DNA of 55,246 nucleotides, the filler included, from Bipalium vagum (Eukaryota), in assembly GCA_037834085.1 (NCBI GenBank). It is 3 parts of 3 records of this genome, joined end to end, with 100 filler letters (N's around TTAATTAATTAA, not from the genome) between each part and the next. Parts side by side here need not be neighbours in the genome. Positions count along the whole stretch, not along the records: positions 16,370 to 38,231 come from JBBMKC010230851.1; 2 more parts are not named here. One strand, given 5' to 3'. Shown in pieces: positions 24,664-37,859 of this stretch. The notes beneath the pieces are model-generated. The model searched no databases and was not told where the DNA came from. It saw only the letters and a list, made by a program, of their open reading frames with translations. The first letter of the stretch is position 1; each line of letters starts with the position of its first letter. Position numbers and translations under genes: made by a program.

Positions 24664-25249
24664 TAAATGTTTTTTAAATTCAATAATCACAAAAAAAAAT
24701 AAATGTTTATTGTTCACAACACTAAAATAAAATGTTTATTGTGGGATGCACCACAGACATGAGATATGCAAAATTCGAGCATTGCACTTCATGTATGATG
24801 CAGCTTCTGTAAGTAATAGGGAAACGTTTTCACGATTTCTTCCGAGAAACGGAATAATATCATTTATAATGCAAATAATAACTGAAGAATCAGCAACGGA
24901 GTCCAAAGGCTAACATTCACATAAATATATTACACTTACAAACTATTAAGCTGTGCGAAAAATGTCAATTTCAAATTATTCAAAATTCTATTTATGATTT
25001 ACATTACTTAAGCACTTATTTTAATATTAATATTAAAATACCATGATGATTAAAGAAAGTAACACGTCTTTTGATATTTTTTATCTATATTAAAAAATAC
25101 TTACTGTGCGAAAAATATTGACGAGCAGTATAGAATAAAAAAACCACTACAATATTTTATCTGAAGAAAAACAAGAGCACCTTAACTAATTATATTTTTT
25201 CTGATCAATATATTGGCCAACCTATTTCCAAAAATTTGATACAAATTTG

Positions 25250-25780
25250 TAATTACATATCCTTTTGTATTGTTAATCTCATCTACAACTAAATTGATCT
25301 TCAGTCATAGTTCTCAGTATAAACCAACTCACTGAAAATTTTCCAGACGTTTCCAACAATGTTGTGGTCTGGTGATTTTGGTTATCAATCGAAGATATTT
25401 TTATCGTTGCACAGATAACGTTCTTGTTCAATTTTATCTGTATGAATCACGCAGTATTCTTGCACTAAGTCTGCTGGCTTACCGATATTCAATCAAATTT
25501 TTTGGCAAAATAAGTGAAATGAATGTTGTTTTGTGTTCCTAATCTTTTTAAAACCCTAAAACCCGCGAAGATTAAACTATTTGGTAAAGTAGTGCTAAGG
25601 TATATGAATCCACCACCTACTTTTGTCACTGCTGACTACTTAAAAGCTATTAATGAGTACCGTATGTAAACATAATTTTCATGTTTAGATATTACAGTAA
25701 CGTTACAAGAATATATAACCAATTATCCAGAACTTATAAGGATCACTGCTTCTCGTCAACAAAATCAATAAATTTTGTAA
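25250..25780 (-). mobile_element. Tc1-like transposase relic
   Basis: Minus strand reads FVDEK, QEYCVIHT and PKSPDHNIVGNVW (compare WPxxSPDLNxIENVW). Confidence 0.55.
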
Positions 25781-27018
25781 ATATCCATGAAATATTTACA
25801 TATTACATTTCTATTTGATTGATAATGAGTTTTGTTTCATTTATGTACTGAAAATCATCTGCAAATAGGTTTCGTGGAAATTCATAATTTTTCATTCCCA
25901 AGAAAGGTAGTGACATCTACCACAATACCATTTTATTTTGCTATATGCGTTAAACATTGTCGATTTTCTTTTTTATTGTTTCCTTTGTGCCATAATTTGT
26001 TATTTCAAAGTAATTGTAGACTTCGGATAAGAATTACGTTACACTCGACTAATTTGACTAAAGTTTAAGCAATTGTGCTTTGAATTAAAGCACTATCAAG
26101 TATTTGATTTATTATTAATCGCTTGATATCAATGATGGTCCTACCTTAGAATTATCTGACTGACTCTGTTACTAAATAAGTGGTTGTCATTACAATACAA
26201 TTACAATTCACAAAACCTTTTAAAAAAATTTTAAAAACATTTATTCAACAACTTTTTAAATAACATTTTTACAATTATTAACGTTTCAATTTACTGTAGA
26301 ATACGAATAATTCTCAATCACAAGTTTCGAATTTTTTATAAACATTTCCTTATGACTATTATTGTTTTCTAAATTAAGTGACTGAGTTATTAAAATCTTA
26401 ACTTCTGTCAGGATCAGATATTCCCTCAATCAATTTAATGAACAACTTACACCTCATGTCACAAAAGTGACAGTGACAACTCACTAATGAAATAGCTTCA
26501 AAATTATATAATTAAAATTCATCAACAAAAATAAACAATAACGATAACACATAGATTGAGAATTGATATAAATCTCACAAAATACTCACTTAACAAAGCT
26601 TTCTGCTCATCACGGACACCTGCAAAAGAAAAAAGCAAAAATTAGATTTGGATCACAAACTATATTGTTTAGTTAGTTAAAAGGATTAGTGATCACACGC
26701 GTGGATAAATCAATCACTATTCCTCATACCAACGTCCACAAAGAGACCCACAAAATTGCCAAATTAAGCGATATATATAATTGCACGAACCAATACCCTT
26801 TTTTCTCTTGCTCTATATCTCTTTTCCCTTTTTTTTCTGTGCATTAGCTTTTTTGATAACCCAGAGTGCACAAATGAAAAGGTTAATCTAAAAATCGCAT
26901 TCCCACACACTTCCAAGAAAAACATCAAATGACAAAAAGTGACAAAAACGAAAAAAACAAAGAAGATTATATCGTCGTGTGTTCAAATAAACTAGAAGCA
27001 AAAGTGAGGGGAATCAGT

Positions 27019-30000
27019 TCATTCAAGAGCACCGAACGACTCCTCAAGAATTTCATTATTTGTACAATTCGTGTACGGATTAGTGGAACAACGTTGTTGC
27101 AAAGATTCATAAGGCTGACTGTTGAGAAAACAAACCAATAAAACGGTCATGTTATCACATCCCAACCCACTGTTTTGGCAATCGGGAGCCAAACATCGCA
27201 TCATCAGCTCCTCACATATCTGCAAAGAAATTAAATATTTTTGAATATATAAAAAATAATATATATAAATTATATTAAATTTTAAAATACAAATTTTGGG
27301 GCTACATTTATTAACATTTATTGGTTAGATTCCAAAAGACTTTTTAATAATTTATTTACTAACATCACAAATCTGAATATTCAAACAAATCTTGTCAAGC
27401 CATCATTTCTTCAAAATATTGATTTTTAGTATTATAAAAGTGAAAAGCATAGGGGAAACCGAAAAAATTGAAAGTATAACCATAAAATACTATGGACACA
27501 ACAGCGACTTTAAACTCTCTCACATCCAAAGTACCATTTTTAAAAAATTTTTTAATTGAACTAAATTGTTTATCTGTAACTTTCTAAGATCTGTTGAGGG
27601 TTCAAAAATACATATTTTTAAGTATCGAATCACTTGTGCTTTGTGCCGGTCTTGTATGTGTATTGTGTGATAAAATATTTATCACTCGTTTCAGAATGCA
27701 GAGATCACCTTATCTCATCAATTGTTATTTATGTCAGATTAATGCACTTTCTTATTGATTTAAACTAAAAATTCATTGGAAAAGCAAATCTGTGGACATA
27801 TTGAGCAGGCCAGTTTTTTGTTACATTACTCATTTTGATGTTTTGGAGATGTTAACTATTGGGTCGGCAGGAAAGTAATTACAGATTTTTTGAACAAACA
27901 AAATACTTCTATAAAATTACGAATTGTCCATTGCTATAGTTATATTCTTGTGTAGTCATTTTAAATAATAATATAAGATCAATGCAATAATAATGTATTC
28001 ATTAAGTCCGATTACTTTAACAAACTTCAAACAAGGACCTCACCTATTTTTTAAAACTAAATTATTTACTTTATAAAAATTTAATAACATTTAAAATATT
28101 TTATTTAAAAAACCGTAACATTATAATTTTTAAAAACTTTAAATTAAAAATATTTAATAATTGTTAATTTAGACGTGTGGTCCTTATTTTAAAAAATTCA
28201 AGAAACTAATTGTTTTAACCATTCAAGGAAGCATAAAAATTCTCGTTCTTAAAACCTATGGGTTTATCCTCAAGAAAGTGCAGAAAGTTGCATTTGAAGT
28301 CATCATAAGTAAAAGTTTTATCATTCTAGATATTTTGTATAGAGAAAAACAAATATAATCGGAATGGAATTGAATAGTGTTTGTAATCCAAACCAAGGTT
28401 CAATAATTTTTGCCGAGTGGTCAAAGTAGTGTGTGATTTCGAGTTGTCATAATGAAAAAATGTGCATTTACGGTTTAGTCAAGTTTGAATGTGTTTTTTC
28501 TGTATTGAATTTTTTCAACTGGACCATGTAATTACCAATAATAGAGAGGTAAAATATGCCTTAAATGCGTGTTCCGATCTTTCATACTGAAGCTGACAAT
28601 TAGAAAACAAAACTTAGCAATCTATGAAATTAAATTATTGATTGAAATTTGAATCCATCGATAATCTTGTAATATTATTTAAACAATGATTATTTTATTT
28701 AAAATACACTTAAACTGAAGTTAAATGATTTTATGTAAAATCGGAAATTAATGTCTTGCCAACGAATTAAATTTTTTAGCTAAAGGCGGCAATTTTCTAT
28801 TACAAAATATGATTATTGAGATCAAATTATTGGTCAATGAACAAAACGAGAAAAGTTCTTTTCAATTTTTGTTAAATAAATATTTACTGGCCAATCGCTT
28901 AAATATTAATAAAATCATTAAACAATTCATTCTGATCATCTATTTATTAATAATTGTGACGTCAATGTCTTCAGGGTGACTGAGTTTGAGAAGAGAAACA
29001 CTCGAGCTTTATTAAAGAGTTGGTCGATTCTCTGTATAAAATTGTTTCGAAATTGATATTTTAATTTATTAATAGAAATATTATTATTATTATTATGATT
29101 AACTGAACAACAAATTCTGTAATCGGAAGGATCAATATCAAGTTAAAAGTAGCGCTGTAAGTCACATGAGCTAAGGAATGACGTCAATGTCTTCAGGGTG
29201 ACTGAGTTTGATAAGAGAAACACTCGAGCTTTATTAAAGAGTTGGTCGATTCTCTGTATAAAATTGTTTCGAAATTGATATTTTAATTTATTAATAGAAA
29301 TATTATTATTATTATTATGATTAACTGAACAACAAATTCTGTAATCGGAAGGATCAATATCAAGTTAAAAGTAGCGCTGTAAGTCACATGAGCTAAGGAA
29401 TTATAATAATTTCTTGACTGTTTATGAATAAAATGACTGAGTGTTGACAAAAATAAGTATAACTTTTGTCTTTTTTCAAATGTGGAAACGGTTGTGTTTT
29501 GCTTTCCACTGTGTTGTAAATTTAAAAGTTTTCTCGTTTGCTAGACCTAACCCAATATTGTTGTGCTCATTTTTAATCGCATCAATTTTGGTCTTCATCA
29601 CTATTATGAAGTAAAATGTCTATCTTATGTATCCTTGAAACATTAATGTTCAAATTTTCACGCCTCAGGCTTCACAAGATGTGCAAAAACTAATTTTCTT
29701 AATTATCAATTACTCCACATCTTAATTTTATTTTGATTGACCTGGATCTTTCTTTCGTGTTAAGATTATTTATTTTAAAATATGGAAAACCACATATTAC
29801 ATGTTGAAATCGAAAGAAATGCCACCGTGACTGACTGGTTTGCATCACCAGATTGTTAACAAAATCTCCTTGAACTACCTTCCAATGGAAAGGAGGCTTA
29901 AGTAGTCCTAAATTAGTTTTATTAATTCCTGACCACTAGTCATGAATGACGTCGCTCATCATACTAACAGCCAATGCTTAAAGAGAAACTGATATTTGTT

Positions 30001-33000
30001 TAACTAGATCAAAAAATTTCTTAATGCAGCACACAATCCACATCGCTTCTGATAAATCTCATCAGGTTTTGGTGAATATCGACTTTTAGAATGGACGTTG
30101 TTGATCCCTTCAAAGTGCTACCCAATATTTGTTCTTTTAGTACTTTCATAATAAGTCCATTTTTCGCCACTGGTACCTATTTTCCATAGAAAAGATTTTC
30201 TGTTCTTTTTATTAAATGGATAGAAGAATTTCTTGAAATAAACGGTAATCCTAATTTTTCACTCGATTTATTTATACAATTTCTCTCTTTCTTTCTCTGA
30301 ATTTTCCTAAATAGCAAACAGATGAGTAAAACTAATGGTTTTGAGATAATCGAAATTTTCACCACGTAGCCATTCTGCTTGAGATGAGCAAATCTTTCGC
30401 AGTACCTGCATATCAACTGGTCAGGTGGTCGATTACGTAAAAGAACAACATCTATTGTTCTTTACTTATCTTTAACACTTTCAATGAGCAAAGTCAATTA
30501 AACTAAGAAAAGTAAGATATAACATGTTTCTCCTCTATATTTGAATTGGTTCTTGATGACAGACCACGAAGAAACCGAGAAAAAATATGTTATTGACTGC
30601 ATTTCAGGTTTTATTGAAGATCAATCAATAAATCTTGAAAAAATCACAAATTTTGTAAAACAATTGTCTGTGACAATGGAGACAAAAAACAAAACAATTG
30701 CGACATGGTCCTGTCCATTCAAAAAAATGAAGCTAGTCTATTCTTGATTGAAAAAAAGGATATAAATAATAATAATAATAATAATATTCGTGAAATTTGC
30801 AGCGGCACTTTTTATAGAACAAATTTATTTCGTCTAAATCTAAGAAGAATAACAAATTAATAAAAAATGAAAAAATCAATTGATTCAAAATTGAAAAACT
30901 AAGGCATTTTATTATGATAATTGGAAATTGCACAAGAAAATAAGATTAGAATTTTCTTAATTTGGGAATAAAAACCAATTTCCATTATTAAAGAAAATTC
31001 AACTAAGCAAGATGGTGTTTTGAACCTCTAAGTGAAAAGAAAAGAAATTGTCAGCTTTGCTCCTTGGAAAGAAATCGTGACAATGGAAAAATCATCAATA
31101 AAAATAAAAATCGAAAAACGTCAAGGTCTTTGATTGTTTTGTACAACTGAAACGATCGATTTTATAATAATGTTCAACAAAAAAGAGATCCTTTGTTGCT
31201 AAACAATTAAAGCCTACTTTCTTCAATGAAAGATAAAGGAAAATATCAATTGAGATTCGATTTTGTTAAAGTTAAATGTCATAGGAGACGAAGAATAAAT
31301 TGCCCGAGTTTTGAATAAGGTGAACAGAAAACAAAAGAAAATGATTTATTATCGATTAATTTTAATTAATATTAAATGAAAACAATTTTAAAATTAAGAA
31401 TGAAATCCACAACTTTATATAGGGTAGCCTAATATTTTAGTAAAATTGATTTTATCTATTGGAAAAATAAACTTGAAGAATCTCTACCGATCTGGGTTAT
31501 AAAAAAGTATCAATAAAAAAATTAATAATAGTAAGAATATATATATATTATCAATAATGATAAATGTTTGAAAAAGAAAATTTATTATCGCGAACGGTCC
31601 CTCAGACTAGAGAAAATTTTATTATATTTACAGAGCTTCTTTAATTATATGAATTCTCCTTTTTATTAATATTTTTAAGTCTCTAAAAGTATGATATCGA
31701 TTTTTTGATATTTCTCTTTTTTCAGAATTTATTTGGTGAACTGTTTGAAATAATCTTTCTCGCAAACCTTTAGCATTTTTAGTTGATTATTTGAATAAAT
31801 AATATGACAGTATTTTCCAAATGTTTTCAATTAAATCAATATCGTTCGATTTGAATGGACACTCAGTTATTTCGAAATCTTGTTTGAAAAAAGACAACCT
31901 CTTGGCTACTTGACTGTTGCAAGTATGTTGTATCACGAGGATTTTCGATTAAATATTTAAATTCATTATTGGCACACACAATGATTTGATTGTTGAAATG
32001 CATGTATAACCATTTTGTTTGTCTTCCATAATTTTCAAACCAATGAGCTCAAAAATGGGCATAATCATATCCCAAACCTTGACATTGTCGCTTAACACGA
32101 TTTAAATTAATTCTCTTGGACCATATGTAAACGTAATATAAGGTACTGGTTATGCATTGCTATTAAACAATTTATTTATCAATCACCGGAATCGACCAGA
32201 GAAAACTGTTTTTAGTCTGTAAACACTGTGGTTTCTTATGGAAAACTTTTTATGAATCCATGACGATATGATTTGAACTCTTAATTTTCTATGGGTTGCA
32301 TGTTTTTTCTCATTTTTCTATTTAAAATCATTTTCTGTAACCAATTGCTTAAGAATCTTTTAAAACGTATTTGGTCCCATTTAAGATTGCATATGACATC
32401 ACCTTAACATTTTGAGATTTTTCATGGCTTATATATCTTTTTAACATCAATGATTACTGTTTATCTATCAGAGTCGTTGATTTAGTTTTCTTCTTGATTG
32501 TTAATCTATTAAGACAAACGATTGTTCCATATGAAAAAATTTTCCACCATTATAGCTGGATATAAGATTTCATAAGATAACCTAATAATCTTGGCAAAAT
32601 TGATGATCAAAAAATTTTTTTCTGTACTGTTTAATTTAAATATCTTATTTAAATTTATATTGATATCGGATCGCCATTGTTTGACTAAATTTGTAATTTA
32701 AAAAAATAAACTGTTAAAAAAATTAAACTTTGAATAAAAATCAATAGGCAATTGATGTACAATAAGAACCCAAATTTGATCTATTAGAATGAAAAATTGA
32801 AAAAATATATATTTATATCAATAAAAAATTAATGATACAAATAATAAAGTATCAATAATACAACCACTAATTGATTATTGAATAAGAATAATTTTAAAAT
32901 TAAAATTAAACATCGGCAATTTTATTTGGAAAAGGTAATATTTTAGAAAATCGATTTTAGATTTAGATTTATTTTTTAGATTTCGATTTGCCAATCTCAC

Positions 33001-36000
33001 CAATAAAGAATTATAATCATTAAAGTAATAATAATAAATAATTTATGAGATCAATTATATATATGGTTATAAATCAAAAAATAATTATTATCAATAATAT
33101 TGATAATAAAATAATCGGTATTACAGAAATTTTTTTATTTTCATATAATAAAAATCATTAGAAAATATATGTCGCTGCTTTGTTTATTTGTTCCAACTGA
33201 ACGAACGTTGAAGTGTCATTTATAGACGAATGAAAATCATTAGGCCATTTGTAACAATGCCAAATTTGTTGAGAAATGTGACAACTCTCGGGTCAATTAT
33301 TATCACCACGCGCGGCGCACTGCCACCGTCATCACCATGGAGATGTTGAGCAGCGACCAACAGAAAATTGCAAAATATAGATTATTGATTAACCGAGCTA
33401 TCAACGGAAAGTAAAGGGAAACGGGAAATGAATAGCAATAAATAATAATAATAAATGATAGGTAAACAATTTTTAGGATCAAAGATAACAAAAGAAATTG
33501 TCTCACGTGAGTCGGTTCCAATCCGTTGGCAATTCGATGCCTGATGAAATTGACCACTTCCTGGTTTGTGAGGACGTCCCAAATGCCATCGCAAGCCATA
33601 ACGATGAACTCGTAGTCCGGAGTCTTTTCCTTCACGATCACGTCCGGATTGGCTGTATCGAACGAAATGAAGTAGGATCATAAATTGGAGAACAAATGCA
33701 TTGTTAACATTTACTAACCGTTTTAATTATCTTTTTATTACTGTTCTTTTGAAAATAATAATAATAATTTATTTTTAATAATATAACATTGATAATCTAT
33801 ATTGATTATTATAATTATAAGTTCTAATTAAAATCAATTATTACATTCAAAATTCAGACTGATTTTTATAATTAATATTATCATTATAAATTTTATTGAC
33901 TGTTGGTTATTTATAAAAATATTTTTTATTTTCATTTAAAATATTTTTGTATTTTTTTATTGATAATATTATTAATTATAATATTTAAAGACACATTATT
34001 GATTTCAGTTAATAACTTTAATTTTCTCAACAACTAAAAATAAAAATAATATAATATTAATTAATTAATAATTATTATTTTACTTAGTGGACCATTGTTG
34101 ATTTTAATTAATATTTATCTTCTCATCCACTAATAATAATTAATAATAATGAAATAACAATCAATAATAACAATAATATATTATTTTCAATTTTCGAAAA
34201 AATTAATTAACTAAAACTTCAGAAATTTTTTTAAGAAAATGAGGAATTAAGATCAATTAATTTTAAAAAGAGATCAATAATTCACAATAAATGAAATACA
34301 AAATCGATCTACCTGTAACGATTTGTTCTTCCGCTGATTTTTTCGTATTCTTTTTGAACACGAAATCGCCCAAGGCTCGAGAGAGTGCCAAATTGCCATT
34401 GACCCGGTTCCAGTCTACCCAACCTCCAGCAGAAATGATCCGTTCTCTTTCAGCTTGAATACTCGGTTTGTGATCAAATGACAAAGAAACTGCTCGACCG
34501 GAAACGCTGGCTACAGCTCTACTGTCACCAGCATTGCCACAATAGATGAGATTGTCTTTAATGAGCACAACAATTCCCGTAGAACCAGCCAATTCGTCTC
34601 TCACATCTTTGTCTTCCAACATGTTTTGATCCAGAGCCAAAAACGATTTGCGAATAGCTTCAGGAACATCTCCCTTTTCTGATTTTAAAATCAGTAAAGA
34701 TTAATAAAATAAATTGAAATCAAGCTAAATATATAATTCGAAACGTGTCCTTTAACACATTGATCGTCAGAAAAATTATTATTATTAATTAATTTTCAGT
34801 TGAAACCAACCACATATGCATTGGTCAAATAGAAGTACATAACTATTAATTTTGGGAGGCAAAAATAAATTTAAATGAGACACAAAATCATACATAACGC
34901 TGTCAAGATAGTGACGAAGGGTGCTCAATACGACAGCCTTCGCGTTAAAGATTGATTAAAATCAGAATTAAACTAATTTGAAGTAGTTTAGATCAAAATA
35001 AAAAGTGCAAAAAATTCCTCAAAAAATAAACAAATGAAATCAACCCACCATACTGATCAATTTTTATTTATTTAATAAATTATTTTCAATTATTGATTAA
35101 TTCACTGTCAATAATTGATCAATATAATAAACTAATTTTAAGGAAATTATTTATATTTGGTTGGGGAAAATTTTTTTCGTATTTTATAAAAACATTGAAT
35201 TTGAATAGAAAAGTTAAATAAAATCTATTTAAAAAAATAAATTTATGATGTTCACAAGATTAGAACTAAAATAAAATCATTTACTTAACTAATACCGACA
35301 CGTCTTTTACGTCGATAATCTTTTTCTTTTTTCAGGTCGATCCATTATTCCATCACTAAAAATTTTCTTGATTATTTTTGACCAAAAAATGTACAATATC
35401 CGTCACATTCCTTCATAGAACTGAACTTTATTCCATTCTAAAGACCTAAATATTAGGATTTACATCCAAAAGAGACAATGCTCACAGAATGATGTCATAA
35501 ATTTTTCGTCAGTAAAACATGATGAAATTATTAACTGTGACAAATATTGTTCTGAAATTGAAATAATGCATAAAGAATTATGCATTAAACAGCGGTCAAT
35601 GATCAATAGAGAAAGATTCATCCTGTTACATGACAATGCACGAACACATGTCAAAGAAGACGTTGCAAAAGCTAAACGACTTAAACATTAAAACTGTATC
35701 ACATCTTCCTTATTCGCCATACTTACCTCAAACTGATTACCATATTTTTAAGCATCTGAATAATTTCTTGGTTCAAAAAATCATAACTGAATCAGGATGA
35801 TGTCGAAACCACCTCATCCGAATTCCTGGACTCCAGAAATTCAGATTTTCATGCAAATGGGATTCTGATATTAGTCCGTACATAAGAAAATGCGTAGAGT
35901 CCAATGGTGAATATTATAATTAAATAAAAATTTTATTTAACTTTTTATTTATTACATAGCTGGACATTTCATGTGACAACCTAATACATGAAAATCTGAC

Positions 36001-37348
36001 TATGCCAAATACGAGATGCACGGAGTATGCATAGTTACTTCCTTGCAAAACCTCCCTGCCGAGACGTCAAAGATTGTCAAGCTGGACACAATATACTTAA
36101 CTTTTATTCAATTTTGTCGTGTTTTTCAATTCTTGTTTTAATCTAGTTTATGGTACAGATCAGAATCAATAGTTTTGTTGAACATCAGAAATTCATAAAT
36201 AATTCCTTTCCTATCCTACGAGATCCAATATAATTAAGTTTGATGTCGATGACCAATTTTTACCATTTGACGAAATTTCCTGACATATACAATGATCTCG
36301 TTCAAACATTATTGACATAGATAACCCATATTTCGTAAAGTTATTTCAGAAATGGCTTACTTTGGGTTTTTAAAGTGACTCCCATTGAAAATCTGTATAC
36401 TCCTTTAAAAAACAAAATCAACTTTTAGCCAACATCAAATGATTTCAATTTATATAAATTATTAATGATAAAAATAATTTTTGAAAAAAAACATTGTTTT
36501 AATAAACAAGTCACGTGACCGTGCTCTCAACAAATTCCAATGTGAATCATGTTGCCAATCAGCGCTCTGACTCCGATCTCACTAATAATCAATAACAATA
36601 TAGTCCTGTAACATGTTCTCGTTTTCCACCAATCAGCTTTAATCAAACATATTTCCATGGTGATCCAGAATCGATTTAATTTGTTCCATTGTTTATTTGT
36701 TTCCGAGAATGTTACATTTAATGCACGTAACAGTTGTAACGGAATCAAAAAAGTGTTATGGGTTTCTTCACAAGACTTGACGGAAGTGCACAGCCGTAAC
36801 AAATATGATCCACCATTATCATCCGTTATCATTGTTAATTAATTAGTGAAGCGTAACATTTTTAACATTACAAAATCAAACAAATCGATTATTGATTTTA
36901 TTTATAGAAAAATTTATGAAAATAACAATTGAAATGTACAATTTAAAACAGCTTTTATAATTTTTGACAGTAATATTATTAAGATTATTATAATCTATAT
37001 TATTATTAAAATAAGTTTCATTAAATCGGTACGAAAAAAAAAAACAAAACAGTCAACATATATTTTAATGATCTTAGCCAAAGAGTAAAAAGTACCATAT
37101 TCGATCTGGTTTGTCAGCAACTTGTGCAAATTGTTTCCGGCATATTGGGCTACTTTTGTTCCACCATGACCATCAAATACACCAAAATATGACGCCGATT
37201 TGTCGGTCGGTAAATTGAGATAGCCTGTATGAGCGTCTTCCATATGAATTCGCCAGCCTTGCATACATGACGAGCTGACTAACAAGTCACTGTTGCTATA
37301 CTGGTTCGTTTCTTTCGAGGTAACCGGTTCTGATAACGTTTGTCCCAT
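27019..37348 (-). CDS. Protein phosphatase 2C (PPM family, MGQTLSEP/Ptc2-Ptc3-like subgroup), 321 aa; exons 37348-37096, 34678-34313, 33652-33507, 27219-27019
   Basis: All GT-AG junctions are in phase (1,1,0). Motifs MQGWRIHMEDAH, FGVFDGHGG, NAGDSRAV, DHKP, RVNGNLALSRALGD, ACDGIWD and GCDNMT. MGxxxS myristoylation-type N-terminus. Confidence 0.96.
28957..29400. repeat. Tandem duplication 2 x 222 bp (28957-29178, 29179-29400) in PP2C intron 3
   Basis: Copies are identical except for one difference I could see (GAGAAG vs GATAAG). Confidence 0.95.
31760..32620 (-). mobile_element. Highly decayed Tc1-like transposase
   Basis: Minus strand reads ECPFKSNDIDLIENIW (compare WPxxSPDxNxIENIW) and KVWDMIMP. 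Confidence 0.5.
35455..35984 (+). mobile_element. Mariner (cecropia/Hsmar1-like) 3' fragment with right TIR, in PP2C intron 1
   Basis: LHPKETML, LLHDNARTH and HLPYSPYLPQTDYHIFKHLNNFL. Ends GGACATTTCATGTGACAACCTAA|TA. Confidence 0.85.
36050..36400 (+). mobile_element. Possible piggyBac transposase relic
   Basis: DVDDQFLPF resembles piggyBac TVDEQLLPF, followed by DIDNPY. Heavily decayed. Confidence 0.3.
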
Positions 37349-37644
37349 GGATTTGACGTTTTATGGTGTCATACACTTTACAAATGAACGTTGGAGAAAG
37401 AAATTCGCAAATGATTTAAATTTCAAATTTATGATTAGATTAAACTACAAAATGATTCATATAAACAAAACACTTTCTTTAGAAAACCTTTGTCATTATT
37501 TTAATTTTAGATTTTTGTACTTATCATTGAATTTTATTTATGAATTTTTAAAATTTCGTAAAATAAAATCAATGATTTTAAATAAAATTCTAGTTCAGTC
37601 TCAACTAAAATTATTTTCAAATTAAAATGTTTAAAATGTATTAC

Positions 37645-37727
37645 TCTAAATTTCCGTAAATAACCCGCGGGTTATATAAAAAAGATGGTTTTTTAATAAA
37701 TAATTATTGCGGGTTATACACGGAATA
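37645..37727. mobile_element. Tiny MITE-like inverted-repeat element about 300 bp upstream of the PP2C ATG
   Basis: TTCCGTAAATAACCCGC ... GCGGGTTATACACGGAA, with an internal 16-bp palindrome ATAACCCGCGGGTTAT (37660-37675). Confidence 0.55.
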
Positions 37728-37859
37728 AATTTAAAAATTTTATTAATTTAAAAGTTCAACAATATTCTCATCGAAATCAGAATCTATACTACCACAATTT
37801 AGTAAATTTATAAATTATTCTGGTACATTGTATTCACTCGGGTATATAATGAATATCAG

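Larger units (their letters stand above)
21720..25128 (-). mobile_element. Tc1/Tc3-like element with imperfect TIRs and TA TSDs, carrying two nested insertions
   Basis: TA|CTGCCCGTCCATATTTTTTGCACAG ... CTGTGCGAAAAATATTGACGAGCAG|TA. Minus-strand relics near 22870-23520 read WENTIFTDEKK..LDGPD and KKSGRK. Confidence 0.75.

Noticed and set aside
29580-31330. Higher-complexity stretches in PP2C intron 3 that might be a nested gene
   Set aside because: Stops in all frames and no assignable motif; most likely old unclassified transposon debris.
35719-35731. ATACTTACCT resembling the U1 snRNA 5' end
   Set aside because: It lies within the mariner PYSPxL coding motif and no U1 body follows.
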